Shown: piece after piece, positions 24,646-37,779 of the stretch
Numbering within the stretch: the first letter of the stretch is position 1
Layout of the letters: each line of letters opens with the position of its first letter
Origin: Lingula anatina
Lineage: Eukaryota; Animalia; Brachiopoda
Direction: 5' to 3'
Assembly: GCA_051362555.1 (NCBI GenBank)
Contig: CM120640.1
Span: forward strand, 37,157,967-37,221,966
DNA: 64,000 nucleotides
Notes under the pieces: generated by a model
What the model was told of the DNA's origin: nothing
The model's database searches: none
Seen by the model: the letters and a program-made list of their open reading frames with translations, nothing else
Translations under genes and position numbers: made by a program

Positions 24646-27497
24646 TTAATATAGCACTGTCATCATCAGCAGTAGGGTAAAACTCCAACCTCGTGGCAAG
24701 GTAGACGCAGTTCCAGCTATTACAACACCTAAACAAGAAGAAAAAAGGAAACATATTCATTAAGAGTGAACATACTTGTCTTGATGCAAGGTAGATACAG
24801 TTCCACATATTACAACACATAAGCATTATCAAAAAAAAAAAAATCTTACTTACTCATTAGAAATGAGTTATTGGTATGATGGAAGTATTTTACTGCTTTG
24901 TATTCTATCATGATGGAGAACAGAGCACTGCCTCCAGAATTCTGTAATTTATGTTACTCCTATGATGACAAAAAAATCACATTTTTATCAACTATATGTT
25001 GGCATTAAAATAATTAATAAAAGATGCACTGTCGTCTTTTATCTTACCTCCCTTTGGAATTGGATTAGGTGTATAACTTTGAAGTTTCTTAGGTTTAGTA
25101 GGACCACATTTTACTAAAACCTCATCTTTTGGCTCAGCTGTAAGAAGAATAATGTCAATAGTAACAGAAAATCAAATAAATTATTAACTGTTTTATAACG
25201 ATATAAACAATTAATTAAAATCGAGTTTCTCTTGCATAAGTGCTAGGGTTGTTTGATTGTATCCATTTTTTTCATTGATGATTAAAAAATACAATCTTAG
25301 TTTATTCAAATCTTTTCAGTAGACTAATATCACTGTTTGAAGGTAATATTTTCTCACATTTATCAAAGAAATAAATATAAGAATATCTGTGGAAATAAAA
25401 AAAGAAGAGATTTGTGTTATGAATCTTAATTATTGCTCAGTCACGGGGGAGAATGTAGCATAAAATTCACCACCTACAGCTGTGGCTTCTTCTAACATGA
25501 AATTGCCACACTATGAACTTGGCAATTCATCTGCTACACCAGTTAGTATAGTCACATGTGTGTAAGCAGTTATTTTCTCATCATTGGTTTTTAATTGAAC
25601 TTTGTAGTATATTATTTACTCTGATAGTGTTATACTTACCATTTGACATGTATTAGGTCCAGTTGTTGCCTCTTTGGTTTGAAATATACAGTGTAAGACA
25701 TTTTTATCAGGCAGATACAAGTTTCACTACAATTTTTGGCTGAAAATTTAGATGCACCGTACATCCTTTCTTGTTATAGAAACAGGGTAGATAATGAAAT
25801 ACTTTTTTGACCACTGGGCATACCATGTTCAGGAAAACAATATATATAATAATTACCATTGAAATATACCCAAAAGCCTTTGAGGTTTCTTTGTGTATTA
25901 TAAGAAAATGACTGTCTCCGAGTGTTGTTAACGTCTGTGTGAAAATGTAACCGTATCTGAGGTCCTTGCCAAGACACATTCTTCATTCCTGTCATGATTT
26001 CTCCACAGTTCAAATCTTTGTAGTCATCGTCGTAGATCATCAACCAATCAGCACATTTCTTTCCATTCATCTCCAGGAGGAGGTCATAAAAAGAGACGAG
26101 CATGCGGCTCTTTCCAGACACTGAGATGTTACATTCACAGTCCCTGTGTATTGGGTAGAATGAAGGATAGTTGGGACTTTTTATGTAACCCTCTGTCACA
26201 TAAGTATTGCTTTTCTCACAGATGTCAAATACTTCTTCATCTAGAATGTAATGGTAAATTAAGCAGGCTTTAAGATATAAAGTTCATGATAGTTATAAAA
26301 ACGAGTGATCACATAGTTTATCATATGTGTGACATGTTATATCGAAACATTGTTTAGGTTATGATATATGTAAGAAAAAAAAAAAGTGTGGTTTACTCAT
26401 TACTAGCTGAAGATTACAAATGACACTGCTTTTAAGTGTTATACCAGCAAAATTTATAATAGTGCACTGTACATACTCTTTACACACTGATAGTCAATCT
26501 GCAGGTATTTGCTGTAGTTTCCACATTCTCTTAGCCATGACTGTTTCACAGATTTAACGCAATGTTCAGCACCAAGACAGTTTGACCAGTCATAGTAAGG
26601 TGACAAATCTCCATCCATACAGTCCCCTGGTAAGAAATTACAACGGCTGATGTTCTGGTGGTGCATGCCATGGAATGCTCTGTTGATTTTGATCATGTGA
26701 TTAGACCCACAATACAGTGTCACAAATGGATTGCCCCTGACGTGGAAACACTGACTGACAGTCTTCAAAATATGATCTAAGAAATAGTAAATTTCAGCAT
26801 TAGATGATTTTTGTATGATCAGTAGAATGCTAGTCTGTAACCATGTGCATTGGTATAGGCCAAGTCTCCAAAGATAATAGGATTCCTCTTTGGTAACCTT
26901 CATTTTGATTTTGAATGAAGACGATTCATGAAAGTTTACTTTTATTATACATCAATATTTGTTTCTAATTCAGAAATGTTTTTAAATAACATGAGGAAAG
27001 AAAGCTTAAATATATGCCATATAAAACAGACATGTTTGCCGGTGATATGTGCAAAAATAAGACTGAAACATAGTAAGTATAATGGAATTTTGGTATTTCA
27101 ACAGCTGCTCAAGATAATGATCACCGCTACAATGTACTATGCCATACACTCCTTGCATACTTATGAGATGGTATACCAACCCAGATTAAGAAGACAACAT
27201 TATAGCTTTAATTGTTATGCTTCATGTCTATTGCTAGGCACACTAGAAAGTTGATTAAAATTTTTCAAGTGTGATGTTGGATAGAGATTCTAGATCAAAC
27301 ATATGTTGGCAGTGATCTTTGTGTGGCATAGAGTCTTTCTTTGTTTAACAACTAAACACACATTACTCACTTTCATTAGACTTCTCTGCCATCTGCACAT
27401 CCCGTTCTTCCAGTCTACCATCATAACAGTGGACTTTCCCAAAGCAAAGCAGGAAACAGAGAATGATTGTAACACTGTAATCCGTTGTGGTCATCAT
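24646..27497 (-). CDS. Gene 4: SUEL-lectin + CUB protein, probably GPI-anchored, ~327 aa, 5 coding exons
   Basis: Exons 27371-27497 (signal peptide MMTTTDYSVTIILCFLLCFGKVHC...), 26477-26776 (SUEL-like, AFHG..YDWSNCLG..SKYLQIDYQC), 25857-26240 (CUB, GYIKSPNYP..CEC..LKGFW), 25048-25137 (AEPKDEVLVKC...), 24646-24728 (GVVIAGTASTLPRGWSFTLLLMMTVLY*, hydrophobic end with no cytoplasmic tail). Confidence 0.86.
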
Positions 27498-28727
27498 TGT
27501 CTTCCCCAAAAACCAAATGCACAAATGTGTGCAATTTTTTCAGCTTTTTTGATTACCCAATGTACCGTTCAGGTGCAGCGATTTCATAAGTGCGTGACAC
27601 CAACAAAAAATCTGAGGAATTATAGAGAAAGCATATGGTGCCATAATACATGCTGCCGCAGGGTGTGGTCTTGCAAAAGAACGGCTGCTATTGATTCCAA
27701 AGATGTCTCTTCCTCGAACATTACATGCAAATTACTTTAGAAAATTATCACATCAGCTGTGGATGTGCCTGTTGCTGGTGTTAAAAATATAGTTGAAGGA
27801 AGAAATGATTTGAAAGCCGTTATCCAAAAATTCAGATGAAAATGTTCATTTATGACATATCTTTACAAATGACTTTCTGGCTGACCACTGTTTTCTGACA
27901 TGCCTTGTTATTTTGCTAGCATTTGAAACAGAGAGTAAATGGAATAGCTGTCGCATTTTTTGATAAATGGAAAATAAAAGCCATACATTTTTTATGGCAA
28001 CTTGTAAGGAATACTACTGTCACAGACATTGTCTTATAATTATATATATGCAAATGTGATGATCAGTAAAACCTGATGAACACTGGAACAGTAAAAAGAA
28101 GATTCAAGAACCCGATTATATTATAAGTTTCATATTTCCCAAGTTTGGAATAAAAGTGCTTTAAATGTATTCAATAGGATGTTACTGAGCATTGATATTC
28201 TAAATATAATAATTGCTTTTTAAGGTAGTGAAATTTTATTTCCTGTAATTGGCATCCTTTTGTTTCTGAATTCAGAGCAAATCCAACATAATCAGAGGCT
28301 TAACTTAAACAGACGTTAACAATATTTTGTTGCCATTTATTCCTTTTTTCAATTTTAGATGACCTATGCTTATGCATTGAAGACAGGCAACAAATTTTGA
28401 ATTATCGAATTAATGACCATCACTTTGTTTAACAAAGAAAAATTTGTTTAGCAAAGAATGCTTGATACCTTTCACTCAGCAATAAGCCAAGTGAAAAGAA
28501 CAGTGTTTCTAAAAACACAAGTTTTTTTTTTTACTTTAGAAAACACTACAGTGATGGTACACATGGTACACAAAGCAATGGCAAGTTGTTGAGGATGCCA
28601 GTAAATTTTTTTAATCTATTGTGTTTCTGCTGTATATTCTACAAAGACAAATACTGGCTTCACAAATGTCAGACATGATCAAAGTTTCATAGACATTTTC
28701 AGGTGGTATATTAAATTGTTTACTTTT

Positions 28728-31066
28728 TCACAAGCAAGAAAAAGTGAACTTGACGAAAACAGCAATCATTATCAAATAGTTTGTAAGCTGGACCTTGAAT
28801 GTGATGCCGTGATTAGAAAGCAAAGCTGTCACAGTTGTGGTACCTGGAATAATAAAGTACGCTGTACATGCTACAGTTTGACAGTTAAAGAGTGTTCTCA
28901 TTTTGAAAATGATAAAAAAAAGTCTTGAGTAAATGGTTCATGGTTCTGAAGAATAATGTTTATTGTATTATCCTAAAGAAAATATTTAGGACTTAACATT
29001 CTTGCTTCTTACCTGACAGTGTCTTATTTGTAGCTCGAATCTTTGATCCTTTCTTTTTCTTTGGTTCTGATTTGAGTATATTTGGTTCGGTGTTGTTCAT
29101 TTGAGCAGTTTTTCCCTTTTTATCTTTGAAGTTCTCCTGCAAATTTTCTTTTTTGGTTGTTCTCATTTGACTTGGCACTTTAAATTCTCTATCTGAAATT
29201 GCGCATAATCTTTAGATAACCATTTCTTATGGCCAGTTGATAATGGTATCAGTTAAATAAGAAAGTTTTGTTCTTTTATGATTATCCTTATCAGCTGGTT
29301 AAGACATCATATAATATAAAAGTTATATTTTAATTCTTGCAGCATTAATGATCATAATGCTTAGGTGGTCTTTACCTTCAGTTTTCACATATATTTTCTT
29401 TTTCACTGACTTGGGTTCAATGTGAGAAGTGGGACTGCATGTCACAGTGATCTTGGTGTCAGCTTGGCTGCCTGGAATTCACAAGATCACCAATGAGCCA
29501 AGGCCAATGTGTTCCCTTTATTGTGTAATGGTCCCATACAGTTTTGCAGTAAAGCAGGTTTCATCTTCTTTTCCTAGCAATTTTGTATATGACATGGCGG
29601 CACATGCCAAGTAAAGGGAGTTGAATGTATTTTTTTACCCTTACTCTTCATTAAATAAATGAAATGTTAATTTCTTAATGACTCCCCATCCTCTTAATGA
29701 TACTGGATTGCTTAAGTTTTTTTAGTTCAAATTTGATTTTAAATGAAATACTTGGTCTCCAAAATTATTCCGTCTCAATACTTCACCTTTCATATGCATC
29801 CAGAATCCTTTCAGTTCTTTAGTTTTGTCATTGGTGACTTTAATCCTCTTGACATCATTGGCATTGCTACTGAAATAAACATCGGTAAAGTGCTGCACTT
29901 CCACTTTTGCAGCACTTGGTAGCTGTTGGCTGCAGAACACTTCTTCTTTCGTTTGGTTCTGGACTAGCACCCAGTCTTTACACTCCTTGGAGGTGTCTTC
30001 CAGGGCCAGGTCAGCAAATGTCAAATACAGCATCCCTCCAACGGCCACTAGATGGCACTTGCAGTCAACACGAGCCTTGTAGGCAGATGGGTAGCTAGGA
30101 CTACTGATGTAACCCTCGTAACGGATTTGTTTCTTAGTGTTACAGATATCTAGAACATCTCCCACTGATAATTGAATATGATATATAATTCCATTATCAA
30201 AACCTGCATAAAAGTAGTTTACTCAGAACTTTCAATTTAATGATGTTACAGCAATTAATGAAATGCCTATGAAGTTAAACATGAAAATAAACCATGTGAA
30301 ATAAACCATTATTATCTATAATTTTTGTGTATTAAGCTGATCAATATGTGTATTGAGATTAACATATGTATCTTGAATAATGAAAAAATAAAAACTTAGG
30401 AAAAAGTGATGAAATTTGAAAATTTCAAAAAAATAAGGCAAAGAAAAAAGAAAGAAATATGAATGAAATAAACAATGATCATAAAGCTAAAAAGGGGTTT
30501 GTATTCATGCACCTGAAACACATTCATATTCCACCTGCAGGTACTGACTGTCTTTTTTACAGCTTTCAAGATAACTTTTCTTCACTGGTTGAACACAGTA
30601 CTGTAGTCCCATACACAGGGACCAGTCATATGCCTCTGCATTTTCTTCAGTGCAGTCATCTAACATGGCCGTACAAAGCCCAATGCTGCCTTTATGTGCG
30701 CCATGAAAAGCACGCTTGATGTTTATCATTAGCCCATAGCCACAATATAAGGAAACAAATGAGTTTCCTGTCCCATAGCATTGTCCAGTCACCTTTTCCA
30801 GTTCTAAAACCAGAAAATCGAAATGAATAACCTACTAGACAAATACCCATCATATTTTCCTCTTAGTAACAAATAATTGTTTCATTGGTGATTATCATAT
30901 CAACGTAAGATTTTTTTGTTCGTAGAGCAAGTACATAATGAGTCTCTGTCAAAAATATTTGAGAAAAGCAGTTAAGAATAACAGATGTGTCACAAAACTG
31001 CTTACCATCTTTTCCATCAACAAGAAGTACATGGAGAAAAAGCATCCATACACAAATAAACAACAT
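28728..31066 (-). CDS. Gene 5: SUEL-lectin + CUB protein with a Lys-rich stalk, probably GPI-anchored, ~373 aa, 6 coding exons
   Basis: Exons 31006-31066 (signal peptide MLFICVWMLFLHVLLVDG), 30513-30803 (SUEL-like, AFHG..YDWSLCMG..SQYLQVEYEC), 29787-30164 (CUB, GYISSPSYP..CKC..LKGFW), 29376-29471 (ITVTC), 29013-29192 (Lys-rich), 28728-28843 (...SNHGITFKVQLTNYLIMIAVFVKFTFSCL*). Confidence 0.85.
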
Positions 31067-32718
31067 TTTCTTCTTCTTGGGGAAGATTAGGTCCCAAATC
31101 AAATAAATTTGTGTTCCAGTGGTCCACTGTTAGCAGCTAAATCTTGGGTGTGGTCAAGGTCAAGAAAAAAGAGAAGCATTTTGTAATACTAATTATTCAC
31201 AATGTCATATAACAGCTGGGCAAATACATGTACAGTGAGCATCACATACTTTTGCTTCCTGTGTGTACAGTGTCATTTATGGCTTGTTTTGTTGCATTGG
31301 GTGGATAGATATATGCATCCTGCATTTTATTTCAATTTCTCAAAAGTATTTAGCGAAGTGTAAGGAAATTCCACTTTATTCCACTGGGTGATATTGCCTC
31401 TGGTATAGAAAAAATATCTTTGTAACATATTCCTTTGGTGGTCAATATAAACATCATCCAAAGCACTGTCCTGGAATGTTGTGAGTGATTGGTGTTAATT
31501 TTCATGTATCGGTTGGCAACAAATGAGAGAAAATGCCAATGAGCCAGGAATATGACCACCTTTGTATCAAAGTATATGCCAATTAAAAAATATGTATTAC
31601 AATTATTCTAAGTTAATCTGAAACATGATTTTAATTATAAACAAGGTGCAAAGATTTGGAAAATATTCATTTCTGTAGACTTTTTTAACCTAAACGTTTT
31701 TTATTAAGAAAGCCAAGCCAGGTATTCTCATACTGGTCTCTGCAGGAGGTGAAAAAAAATAGAAATCGTCATTTGGAAATATTATACGTTGATTGTTAAC
31801 ATTCAACTTGTAAGACAACACGCTATCAATGATACCTTTACCACCTAACCAAGAGGCTTAATATGGATATAAGAATATAATTATTTGGCGGCTTAATCGA
31901 CAATGCATTGAAATGTCAAAAATAACTCATTCAAAAATAATCAGATAAGGATTTACTAAAAATGTCATGTAAAAACAATATTAGACAATTGAGAGGTTTT
32001 GATGTCAGGGTTCATGAACATTAAAAATACCAAAATAATGAAATTATAAAACTGTTATTGTGAATATCAACAAGATTGACGTTAAATTGAAAAATATGTT
32101 TAAAAACATAGTTTGTTTTAAAATTAACAGTAATATATTTATTTCAATATAATTTATGGATTTTTATTTGATTTTGCGGTGAAATGTTTTTTATTGTCTT
32201 TCGTACAATGATGATAAAAATAAATCATTTCTACAAATGAGGCATGATATTTTGACCTTCCTGTTAAATCACATTAAAATCTCTTTAAAGATTATTTACT
32301 GCTTTATCAATATTTTAATATGGTGACACGTCACAGTGCTGATATAACCCCAATTTTTTTCAATATCAACTTAGGCAAATTCATTAAATGCTAGCAAGTA
32401 ATAATGGAATGATAATTCACATCAAAATGGTGTTTTTTATGTTACCCTCAATAACAACATAAAATAACAAACAACATGTTAAAAATCAACTTTTATTATA
32501 TGATCTGTTACATTTCATTTAGATATGCGTTTGCAAATACGAATTTAACTCAAGAGCTATAACTTTAAGAAAATGGAGGACAAGTACACATAATTACTGA
32601 TGCTGTTCGGAGGCATGTCTATAACTCGATATTTTGAGACAGGTTTTTTTCGAAGTGGCTCGGGTTCTATTTAAGTCATCTCAAGAAGCATGATGAATGT
32701 CTAAAACTTTTAAGTTCT

Positions 32719-35116
32719 TCACAACAGGGTTAGAAGCAGCAGCAGTACAGTTGACACTACAGAGGTGAAGGCCAGGTTCAGGCTTTTGAAATCCGCTGAG
32801 TTTACAGAGTTTCTTTTGGCAGTTGCTGAAATTGATAAAAATGAAAATGTAATATTTATACAAAGTATATAAATTCAGTTAAGATTTTTGAATGTATCTG
32901 TAGCACATATGAAAAGTGAGATGGAATGTTCCATCTGTTAATGGAACTTAAATTGTAAATGATATAAATATAATTTGAAAAGCTTATTGCAGCATGGTTT
33001 TATGAATACATGCTGAACTGTGTTGAATGTATAGATTTTCATTGAAAACTGTTTTGCCTGCAGTTGAATGACATCTTACATTTTGAGTCATTGGATTTGC
33101 CCTTATTTCTACAACTTCTTCCTCCATCTAGGCATGTAGTTTTGTGCCCTCTGGAATTGTTAGTAGCATGTGTGGTGGGTTGGGTGGATCTGCTGGTGGT
33201 TGGAGGGACGGTCACTTCCATAAGGCCAGGGTCATCTGGAGGAAGTCTACCACATGATATTTTCATGTTAGACGATACAACTGAAATGAAAATGTCAATG
33301 GGATTTTTTTTCTGTCTTTGATATATGGAATACGTTTCATAGTTTGTATGTAAACTTAAATGAAAAAATGGTTCTTTTTCATGTAATTATGTTGACTAAT
33401 AACCCTGCCTCCAATGGTTAATACAAGCATATTGATGGAAGTTAATTTTAAAATGTCAAAAAATCTATACTTTTCCTTACAAAAGGCACATGAAATGTAT
33501 TTGAAATATCTGCAATACATAGGTAATCAAAACCAGTATGCATACAGTGAAGAAGTTAAAATGGATAATTATGATTAATTTTTTCTTACCCTTAAAGTAG
33601 AGCCAAAATCCTTTGAGAGTCCTAGTAAAATACTGGAACATTTGTGTGCTGACATCATTGGAGTCAGTGTAGAAGTACACGTCCACCACTCTACCAGGAA
33701 CCGTCATTGTTGTGTTGAAAATCTGACCACAGTGTCTCATCTTCGTCTTTGAATTCTTGATGAGCAGCCAGTCCTGGCACTCCTTATCCTTGTTCTCCTC
33801 CAGCAAAAGTTCATATATTTGGAACTCCACCCCACTCTCTCCCCAAGAAGCTTCCAGGGAGCATTTGCATGCTTGAGACGGCTGGTAGTGGTTGGGGTAG
33901 TTTGGAGAACTGATGTACCCATCCCTGACCCATCTCTCTGGCTGGGAGCACACATCAAACACATTTGCCTCTGAAAAATAATTGCTTATAGTATAATGTT
34001 AGGTTGTTCATTTAAATGATTCTTGGAGAAAAGGGTTAAATGTAAATTTTTTATGCAGACTAGTGGCAGCTAGACCCTTTTTGAGTCGATCTTCCTAAAA
34101 GGTTGAAAACATTTGTGGCATAAAATATGTGATTTCATTTTTTCATAAATGCTGTTTCAGTCATGACATTAAATATTAATTGGCAGAAAATCCAGACATT
34201 TATTTATTTGAGTATAATATGTTTTATCCTGTATCTTTAATCTTGTATAAAAAATCTTTTGTTCAAGTGCAGGCACATGGTATCACAAATTTCATAACTT
34301 AAGTTTTCTAAATTGTAAACAAACAATATTTGAGGCATTTTTAACAATGTCTAATTATCTAGATAATCATTCACAGACAATATAAAAGTGACTTCTTACT
34401 TGGAATGCACACATACTCCAAGTAGAGATAATCGCTGTATTGCTTGGGACATTTTGGCATGTTGGTTTGCATGACATAGTGTGTGCAGTTGGACGTCCCC
34501 GTACATTTGGTCCAGTCATAGGCCATGGTCAGGGAGTCGTCAATGCAGTCCTCAGGGCAGTAGATGCACTTATTGTCCACCCCATCGGCTTTGTAACACT
34601 TGGAGCTGTCAAAAGACGCCCAGTGCCTGTTGGTCGCCTTGCCATGAAAGGCATTCTTCATCAGAATCATGGCTGTCCCTGGAGGCTGCTCACATGTCAT
34701 TGTAATCAGGGGCTGACCTGTCTTCACATTGAAACACTGACTTATCCATTTTGTATCTGAAATGAGGATGATGAAAGAGTTGGTCATTTATCAGTAAATT
34801 CAAGTCTTTTCTATTGTAATAACAATACACATGTAAAGTTGTGTCTCATGTTAAATTCTAAGGATAACAGAGTCCAGATATTATATGTTTGCTGCACATT
34901 ACTTTCTTGCAAACCTTTTCATACATTAAACATATGCCTTTACAATAAACAAAAAAGCAACTTTTTTAAAGTTAGAAAATTGAGATTATTTCAATTATTT
35001 CAAAAAATCTATAATAAATATATCACAATTTTCCTACCCTTTTTACCAACAGTTTTGCCCAAGGTAGAGAATGTCCCATACAGCAGTATACATTGAGTCA
35101 GAATTAAAAAGTTCAT
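32719..35116 (-). CDS. Gene 6: SUEL-lectin + CUB protein, probably GPI-anchored, ~371 aa, 5 coding exons
   Basis: Exons 35047-35116 (signal peptide MNFLILTQCILLYGTFSTLG), 34400-34756 (SUEL-like with Cys insert), 33590-33970 (CUB, GYISSPNYP..CKC..TRTLKGFW), 33080-33280 (MKISC + stalk), 32719-32825 (STAKRNSVNSADFKSLNLAFTSVVSTVLLLLLTLL*). Confidence 0.88.
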
Positions 35117-37779
35117 ACTCTAATTTGAAAACAAGAATAATGAAATAGGAGTATATTATAAAACTCCTATGGTTGTTGGCACATTTCCCTGCTCCTACAA
35201 TAGGTCTCCGAGTCAATGGAGTGGTATGTCTTCCTGGTAGTGTAGTGACACCATCTGTGGCTAATCGCAGTTTTAGGAAGACCAGGTCTAGCAATGGGCA
35301 GAACCCGCAGGCTTGTCCATGCTGCAAAATGTCAATATGCACATCTGGGTTTCCTCTCTCTCTAAGTCTGTTGCATATACACATATGATTAACTCAAGTT
35401 GTGTTTTTATAGGTTTTAACAGCAGTAATTTTTTAAGGTCAAGGTTCAGGATGTTTTTGATTGCAATACACCCAGATTAATAGTTCCTTGGTCCCTCCAA
35501 CTGTTCCTTGGGTTTACTCATAACTAGGAGATTACAGATGGATTATGCTATAATAGGCAATGAAAATCTAACACAATAACCATTTTTGTTTAATTCTTTT
35601 ATATTTTGACCTGGTCAGATCAAATGATGCATTTTAATCAACTTTCAGTCTATGTTACTATTGCGTGTGACCAGATCAAAAAGTTGCCCTCTGCATGCAA
35701 CAGTTGTTGTAATATTATGCTAAAACAGAGGTTGTACTGCACATTATGTTACTCGGTAATCAGTAATTTTTACATGACTTGTGTTGTCACTTTGCCAATT
35801 AAATGAGGAAGTAACTGAGTTGAGATTTAATTTGTATGTTTTTCTGCATCTGGAAGGAAATATGATTGATTTTAGAACCTTCTTGTTCTCTTTCGAACAA
35901 AATCTGCCCACTGACCTTGCATTTTTTTCTGCATGGTTATGTTGCCAAAATATTACTAATATAAAAATATATTTATTTTAAACTAATATTTTGACCTTCC
36001 ATTTATGAAATGTTGTCTTTCTTTTTCTTTTTCATGTTGTTGCCTTGGTACCTGACTACACCTATTGTGTTTGACATTTTCTGGTCTGATGAAATACCTT
36101 ACATTTACACACATAGGTAAGTGCTTTCCTCAATAGTTCATGTTTTATTAGTTGACCCCAAAATTGCTTCCCAAAGAGTCTCTAAAAATGTGGAACTTCA
36201 AATTTTGTATGTTTGCACTAAAATGATGCCTATCAATTAAAAAAGTATTCTTACAATGCCAGATTTGGAGTGTATTCTGAATAGGCCTGAATTTTTTTGG
36301 ACCTGGTTCAGAAGTAATAAACATAACTTTTATTCTAGTTGACAGTCAATATACAAATTCCCTATGATAAGTTTCAGATTTTTAGCATGTATATTCATTT
36401 GTCTTGACCAACATTTTCATAATTCTCATGTGTGTGCATGTGTGTGCATGCGTGTGTGTGTGTGTATGTGCATGTGGGAGAGAGATTGAGAGGGAGAAAT
36501 TGATTTATTGTTATCATGTTTCGAATTGTGAAACAGGTGTGCATACTGTCATTTATAATTATGTATTTTAATATGTATATCTTACTTATGAACAATGTTT
36601 TCTTAGACACTTTATTATGTTCCACAGAACATATTTTTTTGTTACATGTTGTTGTCGTTGTTAGATCATTTGTATATAATTTGATAAGTACTGACAGAAT
36701 GTTAATGCAATTTAAACAGTACAGATTCCCAAAAGTAATTTATAACTTGTACAGGACAACCATTACAAAATAAAGAAATGATGTTTTATCATATGAAATG
36801 CATTGCTGTTACCCACATTTGTTGGTTATTACAGATCTATTATAGTTTAAGTCTCTCTATTTGCATGGTTGGCATATTGGTTGATAATGAACATATCACA
36901 TTGATTGTCATTTTCTACACTGGGTGAAGAAATTATTTTTTCTCTTTATTTTTTTTTTCATATTTGTTGATATTTTTAACAACTTTATTTGTGGTTAAAG
37001 TAGATGATGTGCCTCATTATCTGTGAAGTCAGACTAGAAGAACAAATAAATGCAGTCAAAAAACTCAACAATAATCTACATTCTACATTTATTTTGCCTC
37101 ATGAGGCATTATAAGAAACTAAAATGTTGCAGCGGTACTGTTGCATCCCAGATTATGTATATAGTACAGTTTATCTCCCAAATATTGCATATGCCACCAA
37201 TGCATTTGAAAGAAATTTGAAAACACCTTTTAAGGGAAAATTATTTTCTTTGCCACTGTCCATGCCAATTATTTATTTATTTATATCATTGGTTTTGAAA
37301 TCATTCATGATAGGCTATGTTATGCCTAGTAATCGTGAACAAATTACTACAGATTCCTGAATACCTGAACATGTAGTTGTGCCCATATTGTATAGAGTAA
37401 AAATTGAGAAGTGTCAGTGTGATTCATATTTTCAACCAGTTATCATGAAGCAAATTTTAAGTAAAAAAATAACATTTATGACCAATCTTTCTATATTGTT
37501 TTTATTGTAATATAATTAGGCTTATTTACATTTAGGTGTCTCATATTGACAGGCTCATATTCACCACATAGATGGAGACAGTTACTTTTATTTGAATTAT
37601 GTTGTTGTTATATTGTCATTTTCACTAAATATCATTTCCATTTACACATGTATTTAATCCTTTTCATTTTTGTGTAAGGTGTTAGGTTTTTTCAACAAAT
37701 GAAAAAGAGATTCAAGAGTTCACACTATGTTATCATTTCTACAAAAAGCACAGATATACACATAAGGTCAAGTCTCTAG

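Noticed and set aside
27290-27740. 145-aa plus ORF and 61-aa minus ORF
   Set aside because: They overlap gene 4's first exon and promoter in the wrong strand or frame, with no recognisable protein features.
35043-35388. 113-aa minus and 71-aa plus ORFs upstream of gene 6
   Set aside because: No domain features. The real signal-peptide exon is in another frame (35047-35116), and the rest is probably promoter or UTR.
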